Positions 1 through 6,070 are shown, numbered from the stretch's first letter. The stretch is DNA of 56,902 nucleotides from a virus (IMGVR_UViG_3300042350_003263:1-56902); one strand, 5' to 3'. Translations and numbers: made by a program. Notes: generated from the sequence alone by a model not told the origin.

Positions 1-36
1 CGAAAGTAGTCAGTTCGATTCTGACACACACCTCCA
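1..36 (+). tRNA. 3' part of a tRNA, truncated by the window edge
   Basis: T arm GTCAG-TTCGATT-CTGAC followed by acceptor strand and TCCA. Confidence 0.75.
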
Positions 37-41
37 ATATT

Positions 42-113
42 GGTGACACGGAACGGTTCCGACTTGGGTCTCATAAGCCCGAAGAGATGGTTCGAGTCCA
101 TCTGGCACCACCA
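42..113 (+). tRNA. tRNA-Met/Ile2 (CAT)
   Basis: Anticodon loop CTCATAA, T arm GATGG-TTCGAGT-CCATC, ACCA end; atypical D arm. Confidence 0.8.
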
Positions 114-138
114 AAAATAATTCTAACAAAATGAAAAT

Positions 139-173
139 AGGGGGTTTACAAACCATAACCTATACCTTATATT
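139..173 (+). promoter_or_regulatory. Phage early promoter (GGGGTTTACA-N17-TATATT)
   Basis: TTTACA 145-150, TATATT 168-173; the motif recurs about 11 times and resembles T4 early GTTTAC(A). Confidence 0.8.
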
Positions 174-201
174 ACTACTATAAGGAACGAAAGGGAAGAA
201 C

Positions 202-366
202 ATGATCGGTTTCGCGGAAATTAAGGTTAAGACCGAAGCTGAACTGAAGAAAGATTGGACCATGTATACCTGCAATGGTTGGATTGGTATCAACAAAACA
301 ACTGGAAAGAAAATCAAGTGTGGAACGTATCATGCACTCTTGACAAAACTTTCCATCGAAGACTAG
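202..366 (+). CDS. Hypothetical protein, 54 aa (MIGFAEIKVK...)
   Basis: ATG after AAGGGA SD, just downstream of the early promoter; ends TAG. Confidence 0.65.
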   Translation: MIGFAEIKVKTEAELKKDWTMYTCNGWIGINKTTGKKIKCGTYHALLTKLSIED

Positions 367-375
367 GATAAGGAA

Positions 376-522
376 ATGAAACGAAAACATAAGGAACTAC
401 CGAAGGCACGAAACCCATTCGTCCTTCATCTTTCCAAACGTCCTTCGGGCGCACACGGGAAGACTAAAAAAGCGGAACGCCGTGATGAGAGAATGGCGCT
501 TCGAGATTGGATCCGTAGCTGA
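376..522 (+). CDS. Small basic protein, 48 aa (MKRKHKELPKARNPFVLHLSKRPSGAHGKTKK...)
   Basis: AAGGA SD; RNP...GAH.K motif; stop codon lies inside tRNA-Lys. Confidence 0.65.
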   Translation: MKRKHKELPKARNPFVLHLSKRPSGAHGKTKKAERRDERMALRDWIRS

Positions 523-584
523 GGTGGTTTTAGCACCCGACTTTTAATCGGAGTACGTCGGTTCGAGTCCGACCGGATCCACCA
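509..584 (+). tRNA. tRNA-Lys (TTT)
   Basis: GGATCCG/CGGATCC acceptor, loop CTTTTAA, ACCA. Confidence 0.92.
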
Positions 585-713
585 TTACTTTGATGATATA
601 CTGACCTGGCAAACCAGGCACAGGGCGCGACTGTGGGGGGTTCGATTCCCATTAAGTATGGTACTTGAACAAGCGACGGCGGCTCGGAGGTTCGATTCCT
701 TCACAATCCACCA
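583..713 (+). ncRNA. Acceptor piece of a permuted two-piece tRNA-like RNA (T arm plus ACAATCC-A-CCA)
   Basis: T arm 686-702, acceptor 3' strand 703-709, CCA 711-713; 583-604 is complementary (20/22) to 1179-1200. Confidence 0.6.
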
Positions 714-740
714 AATTTAACTCTATTATGAGAAAATACA

Positions 741-902
741 ATGGAAGAAGTTATTAGACAGGCTGCTCTGGCATTGGGTTCTTCCTATTACCTTATGGAA
801 GATTACAATTTTCAAAAAAGACTAGGATGGCACACATATTGGGATCCTGATATTGTTATAGCCAGAGCAGCAAAAAATGTTAAGTCGTTAATCTGGTGTT
901 AA
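741..902 (+). CDS. Hypothetical protein, 53 aa (MEEVIRQAAL...)
   Basis: Open frame filling the gap between RNA elements; weak SD. Confidence 0.5.
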   Translation: MEEVIRQAALALGSSYYLMEDYNFQKRLGWHTYWDPDIVIARAAKNVKSLIWC

Positions 903-969
903 TGGTTGTGATCGTCAAATTGATTTTGACTATCTTCCATACCAGGTTCTACAACTACCCACACCACCA
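895..969 (+). ncRNA. Non-canonical ACCA-ended structured RNA
   Basis: GGTGT/ACACC terminal stem plus ACCA, internal GTCAAA/TTTGAC hairpin; no T loop. Confidence 0.4.
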
Positions 970-971
970 AT

Positions 972-1046
972 GCAGACTTAGCTTAGTGGTAGAGCGTCAC
1001 CTCGACACGGTGAGGGTCAAAGGTTCAAATCCTTTAGTCTGCACCA
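972..1046 (+). tRNA. tRNA-Val (GAC)
   Basis: Cloverleaf; TCACC-TCGACAC-GGTGA (C33 unusual); ACCA. Confidence 0.88.
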
Positions 1047-1054
1047 GTAATATT

Positions 1055-1134
1055 GCGTCTGTATACCCTCACGCTACGAACGTGTAGAAAGGTTAACTGG
1101 ACACATGGGGGTTCGAATCCTCCCAGGCGCACCA
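1055..1134 (+). tRNA. Non-canonical tRNA-Arg (ACG), D arm missing or displaced
   Basis: GCGTCTG/CAGGCGC acceptor, CACG-CTACGAA-CGTG arm only about 8 nt after the acceptor, long segment before the T arm, ACCA. Confidence 0.7.
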
Positions 1135-1141
1135 AATACTT

Positions 1142-1200
1142 GGGTTGTAAATGGAGAGCATTTGGGTTCGATTCCTCATCAGTATATCTTCTAAGTAATG
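1142..1200 (+). ncRNA. 5' piece of the permuted two-piece tRNA-like RNA
   Basis: GGGTTGT 1142-1148 pairs with ACAATCC 703-709 (G3-U70); 1179-1200 pairs with 583-604. Confidence 0.55.
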
Positions 1201-1204
1201 AATA

Positions 1205-1270
1205 TCCCGTGACTGAGTAGCATTGAGCCTAGGCAATGCAGGGGTGGTTTGATTCCATCACACGGGGCCA
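1205..1270 (+). ncRNA. Degenerate tRNA-like RNA
   Basis: TCCCGTG/CACGGGG stem plus CCA, T-like arm GGTGG-TTTGATT-CCATC, GCATTG/CAATGC hairpin, no D arm. Confidence 0.5.
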
Positions 1271-1284
1271 ATATAGAAAGAAGT

Positions 1285-1470
1285 ATGATGAAAGACGATC
1301 TGAAACTTATTCGCCAAAAGATTCGTGCTGCTAACAAGCTTCCTGCTAACAATCCTGTTGAATATAATCTGAAACGGGATATACTTATGCACTGGAGAGG
1401 GGAACAGTACAAGCTCAAATACTGTATTGAGATGGATAAGTTGATGTTAGAAATACGGACCGGTAGCTGA
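1285..1470 (+). CDS. Hypothetical protein (MMKDDLKLIRQK...)
   Basis: ORF track 1249..1470 trimmed to ATG 1285; stop lies inside tRNA-Lys(CTT). Confidence 0.55.
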   Translation: MMKDDLKLIRQKIRAANKLPANNPVEYNLKRDILMHWRGEQYKLKYCIEMDKLMLEIRTGS

Positions 1471-1534
1471 GGTGGTTTTAGCGGCGGGCTCTTAATCCGC
1501 GACAACGTGAGTTCGAGTCTCACCCGGTTCACCA
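1457..1534 (+). tRNA. tRNA-Lys (CTT)
   Basis: GCGGG-CTCTTAA-TCCGC, T arm, ACCA. Confidence 0.92.
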
Positions 1535-1540
1535 AATATT

Positions 1541-1618
1541 TGTCCTAGAGTCGTCCAGGTGACGGCACCTGGCTGTTAACCAGGATGGAGAGAGGTTCGA
1601 GTCCTCTTAGGACAGCCA
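1541..1618 (+). tRNA. tRNA-Asn (GTT)
   Basis: CCTGG-CTGTTAA-CCAGG, GCCA end. Confidence 0.9.
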
Positions 1619-1622
1619 ATAC

Positions 1623-1698
1623 GCGGATGTAGCTCAGTTGGTAGAGCACGTGCCTGAAGAGCATGGTGTCAGGAGTTCGATTCTCTTCATCCGCACCA
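1623..1698 (+). tRNA. tRNA-Phe (GAA)
   Basis: CGTGC-CTGAAGA-GCATG, canonical cloverleaf. Confidence 0.93.
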
Positions 1699-1746
1699 AT
1701 TGTGACAGATCCGGCTGCACATTAAAAGAATTTCCGGCTGAATTTT

Positions 1747-1821
1747 TGTGGTGTAGCTCAGTGGTAGAGCAATCCCCTGATAAGGGATAGGTCGGTGGTT
1801 CAATCCCACCCACTACAACCA
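1747..1821 (+). tRNA. tRNA-Ile (GAT)
   Basis: ATCCC-CTGATAA-GGGAT, canonical cloverleaf. Confidence 0.92.
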
Positions 1822-1826
1822 AAATT

Positions 1827-1918
1827 GGGAGTGTCAAATAAGGCTATGCTGGTGCTAACAGCGGACTGTAAATCCGTTCCTGAAGAGGCAAGTTGTTCGA
1901 TTCAACACACTCCCACCA
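1827..1918 (+). tRNA. tRNA-Tyr (GTA), atypical D region
   Basis: GCGGA-CTGTAAA-TCCGT, long variable arm, GGGAGTG/CACTCCC, ACCA. Confidence 0.82.
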
Positions 1919-1925
1919 ATATAAC

Positions 1926-2002
1926 GTCCCCATAGATTACGTTGGCTAGATCATCGCCCTTTCAAGGCGAAGAAGCGGGATCGACACCCGCTGGGGATAC
2001 CA
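1926..2002 (+). tRNA. tRNA-Glu (TTC)
   Basis: TCGCC-CTTTCAA-GGCGA, ACCA. Confidence 0.9.
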
Positions 2003-2008
2003 ATCAAT

Positions 2009-2083
2009 GCCTCCATGGTGTAACGGTTTGCTCGATCCCGTGACATGGGGAAGGTCTAAGTTCGACTCTTAGTGGAGGCACCA
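2009..2083 (+). tRNA. tRNA-Val (GAC), divergent copy
   Basis: GCCTCCA/TGGAGGC acceptor, loop GTGACAT, T arm CTAAG-TTCGACT-CTTAG. Confidence 0.75.
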
Positions 2084-2088
2084 ACAAC

Positions 2089-2162
2089 GCTGCTATAGTA
2101 CAATGGTAATACACGCCCTTGGTACGGGTGAAACGGAAGTTCGATTCTTCCTAGCAGCACCA
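2089..2162 (+). tRNA. tRNA-Thr (GGT)
   Basis: CGCCC-TTGGTAC-GGGTG, ACCA. Confidence 0.92.
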
Positions 2163-2164
2163 TT

Positions 2165-2199
2165 TAGGGGTTTACATGTGGCCAAGTTTAGATTATAGT
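2165..2199 (+). promoter_or_regulatory. Phage early promoter
   Basis: AGGGG-TTTACA 2171-2176, N17, TATAGT 2194-2199. Confidence 0.75.
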
Positions 2200-2220
2200 G
2201 ATCCTACAAAGGAGACTAAG

Positions 2221-2526
2221 ATGAACATCTCGATCGATTACGATGATACCTACACCAAGGATCCACTTCTATGGAACTGGTTTGCACAGGAAGCGTTGAA
2301 CCGTGGACATAAAGTCTACTGTGTATCTGCTCGTGGAACTCAGCACATGGATGATCCGAAGATGACGATCGGTCGAGTGATCGGTGCAGAGAATTGCTTT
2401 GGAACTGGTCTTCGTCCTAAGCGACACTTTATGCATCATGTTCACAAGATCGACATCGATGTATGGATCGACGATATGCCAGAGATGATCGTTGATCCTG
2501 AAATCGAAGGTTTGTATATGCCATAA
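2221..2526 (+). CDS. Minimal HAD-superfamily phosphatase-like protein
   Basis: ISIDYDDT (DxDxT), VSAR, WIDD motifs; GGAGA SD. Confidence 0.75.
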   Translation: MNISIDYDDTYTKDPLLWNWFAQEALNRGHKVYCVSARGTQHMDDPKMTIGRVIGAENCFGTGLRPKRHFMHHVHKIDIDVWIDDMPEMIVDPEIEGLYMP

Positions 2527-2527
2527 T

Positions 2528-2600
2528 GCTTCTGCCGGCGGACCCGGTGGCGGGTCTACGAAGCCTGCTTACGAATGTTCAACTCATTCCAGGAGCGCCA
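2528..2600 (+). tRNA. tRNA-Arg (ACG), atypical D arm
   Basis: CGGGT-CTACGAA-GCCTG, GCTTCTG/CAGGAGC, GCCA. Confidence 0.8.
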
Positions 2601-2744
2601 ATAAAACGTTGTAGCGAAGGTCGACATTTGCTATGATGAGAATGCTGCATACGCCTTAGGACTACTCGGCGTATCGGGTAACACGGTCTGAGTCTTAGCT
2701 CGGATGCAGGGGTAAGAGTCCCAATTGGAGATGTCCTGAAATTT

Positions 2745-2819
2745 GCTTCCATAGCTCAACGTAAGAGCGCCAGTCTTCGAAACTGAGGGTTGAAGGTTAG
2801 AGTCCTTCTGGGAGCACCA
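2745..2819 (+). tRNA. tRNA-Arg (TCG)
   Basis: CAGT-CTTCGAA-ACTG, ACCA; T loop TTAGAGT. Confidence 0.85.
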
Positions 2820-2826
2820 ATATAAT

Positions 2827-2901
2827 GCTGGATAAGGTGTAATGGTTGCATCCCTCACTGTGACTGAGGTGGACGTGGTTCGATCCCACTATCCAGTACC
2901 A
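2827..2901 (+). tRNA. tRNA-His (GTG), no G-1, A73
   Basis: CCTCA-CTGTGAC-TGAGG; preceded by T; ends ACCA. Confidence 0.9.
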
Positions 2902-2906
2902 ATAAT

Positions 2907-2981
2907 GCGGAGGTAGCTCAGTGGTAGAGCTTCTCGTTGCCAACGAGATGGCCGTGGGTTCGAATCCCATTCTCCGCTCCA
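2907..2981 (+). tRNA. tRNA-Gly (GCC)
   Basis: TCTCG-TTGCCAA-CGAGA, TCCA. Confidence 0.93.
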
Positions 2982-2986
2982 AATAT

Positions 2987-3063
2987 GTCCTTGTAGACCA
3001 ATTGGTAGAGTCTCGTGGTTGAGGGCCACGAAGTTGGAGGTTCGAATCCTCTCAGGGACACCA
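2987..3063 (+). tRNA. tRNA-Leu (GAG), short variable loop
   Basis: CGTGG-TTGAGGG-CCACG, 77 nt, ACCA. Confidence 0.88.
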
Positions 3064-3070
3064 AATACGT

Positions 3071-3144
3071 TGCCCGTTCGTCTAACGGTAGGACGCTAGG
3101 CTCTGACCCTAGTAATCGCGGTTCGAATCCTCGACGGGCATCCA
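3071..3144 (+). tRNA. tRNA-Gln (CTG)
   Basis: CTAGG-CTCTGAC-CCTAG, U1-A72. Confidence 0.92.
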
Positions 3145-3156
3145 AAAAAATTCATT

Positions 3157-3192
3157 TAGGGGATTTACAACCCAATCTGAATAGCTTATATT
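3157..3192 (+). promoter_or_regulatory. Phage early promoter upstream of the Y-like RNA/DUF2828 unit
   Basis: TTTACA 3164-3169, N17, TATATT 3187-3192. Confidence 0.8.
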
Positions 3193-3214
3193 ACTACTAT
3201 CGAAACAATGAACA

Positions 3215-3292
3215 TAGGATCGTTACAGCATCTTAGAGCTCGTTAGAGCATTTGACTTGTAATCAAACGGAAAGCCGAAAGGCGCGATCCTG
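3215..3292 (+). ncRNA. Y-RNA-like element A (D-like arm plus Thr-UGU anticodon arm)
   Basis: TAGGATCG-TTACAGCA...CGATCCTG closing stem; GCTC-GTTA-GAGC; TTTGA-CTTGTAA-TCAAA; GCC-GAAA-GGC. Confidence 0.7.
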
Positions 3293-3309
3293 ATTAAACT
3301 ATGAAACCA

Positions 3310-3397
3310 TAGGTTGGTTTCAGCAACTAAACCCGGGAATGGTTCCCAATTTGTCTTGTAAACAAACTTAGCGGTTCGAATCCGTAAACCCAACCTG
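3310..3397 (+). ncRNA. Y-RNA-like element B (D, Thr-UGU anticodon and T arms)
   Basis: TAGGTTGG-TTTCAGCAA...CCAACCTG; GGGAATGGTTCCC; TTTGT-CTTGTAA-ACAAA; GCGG-TTCGAAT-CCGT. Confidence 0.72.
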
Positions 3398-3409
3398 AAA
3401 GGAAATATT

Positions 3410-4840
3410 ATGTCTTTTGTAAACGCAGTTAAAAATGCTAACTACTCTAAGCCCGCTCGTACCGCTAACGGTATGAAGGCTAATGCTACTTCCAAGTCCA
3501 AGGTGCTTGACTTGTTCGGCGTTATTGGTTCCGCTCGTGGTTCTGATATCTCCAAGCAGTTCGTTGCTTCTATGACTGAGAACCTTGATCTGACTGTCCG
3601 TATGCTGCTTTGGGCTCGTGACATTCGTGGAGGTGCTGGCGAACGTGCTACCTTCCGTAACTTGCTTGCTGCGCTTGAGTCTACCGACCCAACTCTTGCT
3701 GGTAAGCTGATGCACAAAGTTCCAGAGCTTGGCCGTTGGGATGACTTGTTCACTTACAAAGATCCTCTCAACCGTCGTAAGGCGTTTGCGTTCATTCGTG
3801 AAGCGCTAGCAAACCAGGACGGTCTCTGCGCGAAGTGGATGCCACGTAAAGGTCCTGTTGCTGTTGAACTGACTAAGTTCCTTGAACTTACTCCAAAACA
3901 GTATCGTAAGCTGATCGTAGGCTTGACCAACGTTGTTGAGTCTAAGATGTGTGCTAAGGAGTGGGAAGCTATCAACTTCTCTCACGTTCCTTCCGTGGCA
4001 TCCGCTCGCTACCAGAAGGCTTTCGGCCGTAACGCAAAGGAAGCATACTCTGCTTACATTGCCGAACTGAAAAAGCCTGTTGCTGAACGTGCAGATCCTA
4101 AGGTCAAGATCAACGCCGGTGCAGTTTATCCATATGACGTAGTTAAGTCTGTTGTCAAGGGTAATGCAGCAGTTGCTGATGAGCAGTGGAAGGCTTTGCC
4201 TAACTACATCGGCGATGCGAAGATCATGCCTATGGTCGACGTATCTGGTTCTATGGGTAGCCTCGGTTACTCTTACGGAAGTCAGCTTTCTCCTATCGAC
4301 ATTGCAGTCTCTCTGGGTCTGTACTGTGCTGATAAGAACACCGGCGACTTCAAGGACCTGTTCTTGACCTTCTCTGGTAAGCCTAAGATGGAACACCTGA
4401 AAGGTACTCTGTCTCAGAAGATGACTCAGATGAGCCGCGCCAACTGGGAAATGAACACCAATCTACACGCTGCTTTTGACGAGATTCTTAAGATCGCTGT
4501 TAAGGGTAACGTTGCAGAAAGTGACATGCCTCAGATGCTGTTGATTCTATCTGACATGCAGTTTGACTCTTGCACTAAGTACGATGACTCTGCTATGCAG
4601 ATGATCAAGCGTAAGTACAACGATGCAGGCTACAATGTGCCGAAGATTGTCTTCTGGAACGTTTCCATGTATGGTAAAGCAGATGGCAACACCCCAGTTC
4701 GTTTCGACGAACGTGGTACTGCTCATATCTCTGGGTTCAGCCCAGCTATCATGAAGAGCGTTCTTGCGAACGACCTTGAGGACTACACCCCATACAATGT
4801 TATGGTAAAGGCTCTTAACGTCGAGCGTTATAACTACTAA
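3410..4840 (+). CDS. DUF2828-family helical-repeat plus vWA protein (Ro60/TROVE-like RNA-binding protein)
   Basis: RDIRGGAGER, GRWDDL, AKWMPR, VPSVA motifs; vWA MIDAS DVSGSM, SDMQFD, IVFWN; AAAGGAAA SD. Confidence 0.85.
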   Translation: MSFVNAVKNANYSKPARTANGMKANATSKSKVLDLFGVIGSARGSDISKQFVASMTENLDLTVRMLLWARDIRGGAGERATFRNLLAALESTDPTLAGKLMHKVPELGRWDDLFTYKDPLNRRKAFAFIREALANQDGLCAKWMPRKGPVAVELTKFLELTPKQYRKLIVGLTNVVESKMCAKEWEAINFSHVPSVASARYQKAFGRNAKEAYSAYIAELKKPVAERADPKVKINAGAVYPYDVVKSVVKGNAAVADEQWKALPNYIGDAKIMPMVDVSGSMGSLGYSYGSQLSPIDIAVSLGLYCADKNTGDFKDLFLTFSGKPKMEHLKGTLSQKMTQMSRANWEMNTNLHAAFDEILKIAVKGNVAESDMPQMLLILSDMQFDSCTKYDDSAMQMIKRKYNDAGYNVPKIVFWNVSMYGKADGNTPVRFDERGTAHISGFSPAIMKSVLANDLEDYTPYNVMVKALNVERYNY

Positions 4841-4843
4841 TTG

Positions 4844-4863
4844 GTTAGGCCTTCGGGCCTAAC
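4844..4863 (+). terminator. Stable cUUCGg hairpin after DUF2828 (weak terminator or processing/stability hairpin)
   Basis: GTTAGGCC-TTCG-GGCCTAAC with a poor U tract. Confidence 0.55.
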
Positions 4864-4872
4864 TTCCTCAAT

Positions 4873-4972
4873 TAGGATCGTTGCCGCAACAAAGTTGATA
4901 GTGCAATGGTAGCACATTTTCCTTCTAAGAAAAAGTCGGGGGTTCGATTCCCCCTCAAAGAAAGCGATCCTG
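4873..4972 (+). ncRNA. Y-RNA-like element C with an embedded tRNA-Arg(TCT)-like cloverleaf and no CCA
   Basis: TAGGATCG-TTGCCGCAA...CGATCCTG; GTGC-AATGGTA-GCAC; TTTTC-CTTCTAA-GAAAA; GGGGG-TTCGATT-CCCCC; 4-bp TTGA/TCAA pseudo-acceptor. Confidence 0.75.
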
Positions 4973-4977
4973 TTTAG

Positions 4978-4985
4978 TATAAATA
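4978..4985 (+). promoter_or_regulatory. T4-type late promoter TATAAATA
   Basis: Exact gp55 consensus upstream of the SNase gene. Confidence 0.65.
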
Positions 4986-5010
4986 ACCTAACATTAGTTA
5001 GGAGAATACT

Positions 5011-5454
5011 ATGAAAAAATTATTACTATCGATTGCACTTATGTTTGTAGCATCTGGTGCAATTGCCGAAGTGAAGAAGCCGAAAGGTGTCATTCACGAT
5101 TTAAAGATTATTCGAATTATTGATGGTGATACTGTTGAGATTGAAGCGCCATTCTTAATTGAACCTTTGCCCAAGAAACTTTCTGTTCGCGTTTGGGGCG
5201 TAGATACACCTGAAAAAGGTGGACGTGCCAGCTGCGAAAAAGAAGCAGAAATGGGTGCAGCTGCAAGCAAGTTCACAAAGGATCTTGTTGCTAACGCTAA
5301 GACTACCCAGATCAATCTCTATGAATGGGATAAGTTTGGTGGTCGTGTACTCGGTGACGTAATCATCGATGGTAATAGCTTAACTGCTATGTTGATCGAA
5401 AAAGGTTACGCTAGAGAATACTATGGCGATGCAAAAAAATCATGGTGTGAATGA
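5011..5454 (+). CDS. SNase/thermonuclease-family nuclease with signal peptide
   Basis: IIDGDT, VRVWGVDTPE, DKFGGRVLG motifs; N-terminal signal sequence. Confidence 0.88.
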   Translation: MKKLLLSIALMFVASGAIAEVKKPKGVIHDLKIIRIIDGDTVEIEAPFLIEPLPKKLSVRVWGVDTPEKGGRASCEKEAEMGAAASKFTKDLVANAKTTQINLYEWDKFGGRVLGDVIIDGNSLTAMLIEKGYAREYYGDAKKSWCE

Positions 5455-5466
5455 AAAAAGTTCATT

Positions 5467-5502
5467 TAGGGGGTTTACAATCATAGATACATATCTTATA
5501 TT
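5467..5502 (+). promoter_or_regulatory. Phage early promoter
   Basis: TTTACA 5474-5479, TATATT 5497-5502. Confidence 0.8.
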
Positions 5503-5562
5503 ACTCCTATAAGAACAAACAAACGCTCTTTGACAATTTAGAAGAAACAGAATGAAATAATT

Positions 5563-5639
5563 TCTGTTTTCACATGCATATACGGCGAAAGGAACTCTGC
5601 AGAGTGGCCCGGTAACTGATGTATGCAGTTGAAAACAGA
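5563..5639 (+). ncRNA. Long hairpin ncRNA candidate
   Basis: TCTGTTTTCA/TGAAAACAGA and TGCATAT/GTATGCA nested stems. Confidence 0.45.
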
Positions 5640-5643
5640 GTTT

Positions 5644-5721
5644 TGCGGGGTAGACTGGAGGTGGTTCCAGCACGGTCTCATAAGCCGATTACGGAGGTTC
5701 GATTCCTCCCCACCGCAACCA
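5644..5721 (+). tRNA. tRNA-Met (CAT), initiator-like acceptor
   Basis: TGCGGGG start, CGGT-CTCATAA-GCCG, T arm, ACCA; one bulge in the acceptor. Confidence 0.82.
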
Positions 5722-5723
5722 AG

Positions 5724-5811
5724 TTTAGACTGTAGAAGTAATCACCTCTTGTGAAGGTGTCCCTGATCCGTCATCGCCGGCAGGTCAAAGCTGCAAACAG
5801 CCCAGTCTAAA
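5724..5811 (+). ncRNA. Structured ncRNA candidate with a UGU anticodon-like arm
   Basis: TTTAGACTG/CAGTCTAAA closing stem; CACCT-CTTGTGA-AGGTG; GCTG-CAAA-CAGC. Confidence 0.5.
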
Positions 5812-5909
5812 ACAAAAGCCAACGTCCTAGACATTGCGAAACCTCGGGCTTAATACGAGTTATAGATAGCTAGGAGACCAGCCATGAGGGTGCAGATTGG
5901 CAAAGATAC

Positions 5910-6001
5910 GGGAGGTTAACTCAGCTGGGCTGGGACTCGCCTTGAAAGCGATGGGTACGGTTAGTAGCCGTATGGAGTTCGATTCTACCATCCTCCCGCC
6001 A
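5910..6001 (+). tRNA. tRNA-Ser (TGA)
   Basis: TCGC-CTTGAAA-GCGA, long variable arm, GCCA. Confidence 0.85.
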
Positions 6002-6006
6002 TAATT

Positions 6007-6070
6007 TAGGATCGGTTCAGCAAACCAAAACGCTAACATATTGAAGTCTTAGCGGACCAAAACGATCCTG
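6007..6070 (+). ncRNA. Y-RNA-like element D (minimal)
   Basis: TAGGATCG-GTTCAGCAA...CGATCCTG with CGCTAA/TTAGCG inner hairpin. Confidence 0.7.

Noticed and set aside
202-522. In-frame TAG joining ORF 202 to ORF 376 as programmed readthrough
   Set aside because: ORF 376 has its own SD, and in-frame adjacency has about a one-in-three chance.
609-668. GCA AAC-starting frame (ANQAQGATVGGSIPIKYGT) as a tmRNA tag
   Set aside because: It lacks the hydrophobic LAA-type C-terminus, lies in the acceptor piece, and starts within a hairpin.
1701-1740. TGTG/CACA hairpin with an A-rich tail resembling a preQ1-I riboswitch
   Set aside because: The stem is only 4-5 bp, the conserved loop residues are not evident, and the downstream gene is a tRNA.
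2604-2742. Assignment as a twister or hammerhead ribozyme
   Set aside because: Catalytic core consensus sequences are not matched; kept only as an unassigned ncRNA candidate.
896-3236. ORF-track frames across the tRNA array (e.g. 896..1087, 1191..1535, 1634..1837, 2631..3236)
   Set aside because: They are translations of tRNA genes or their antisense, without SD or protein-like composition.
3368-4396. Minus-strand and alternate-frame ORFs inside DUF2828, and similar shadows in other long genes
   Set aside because: They are shadow ORFs caused by biased codon usage of the real gene.
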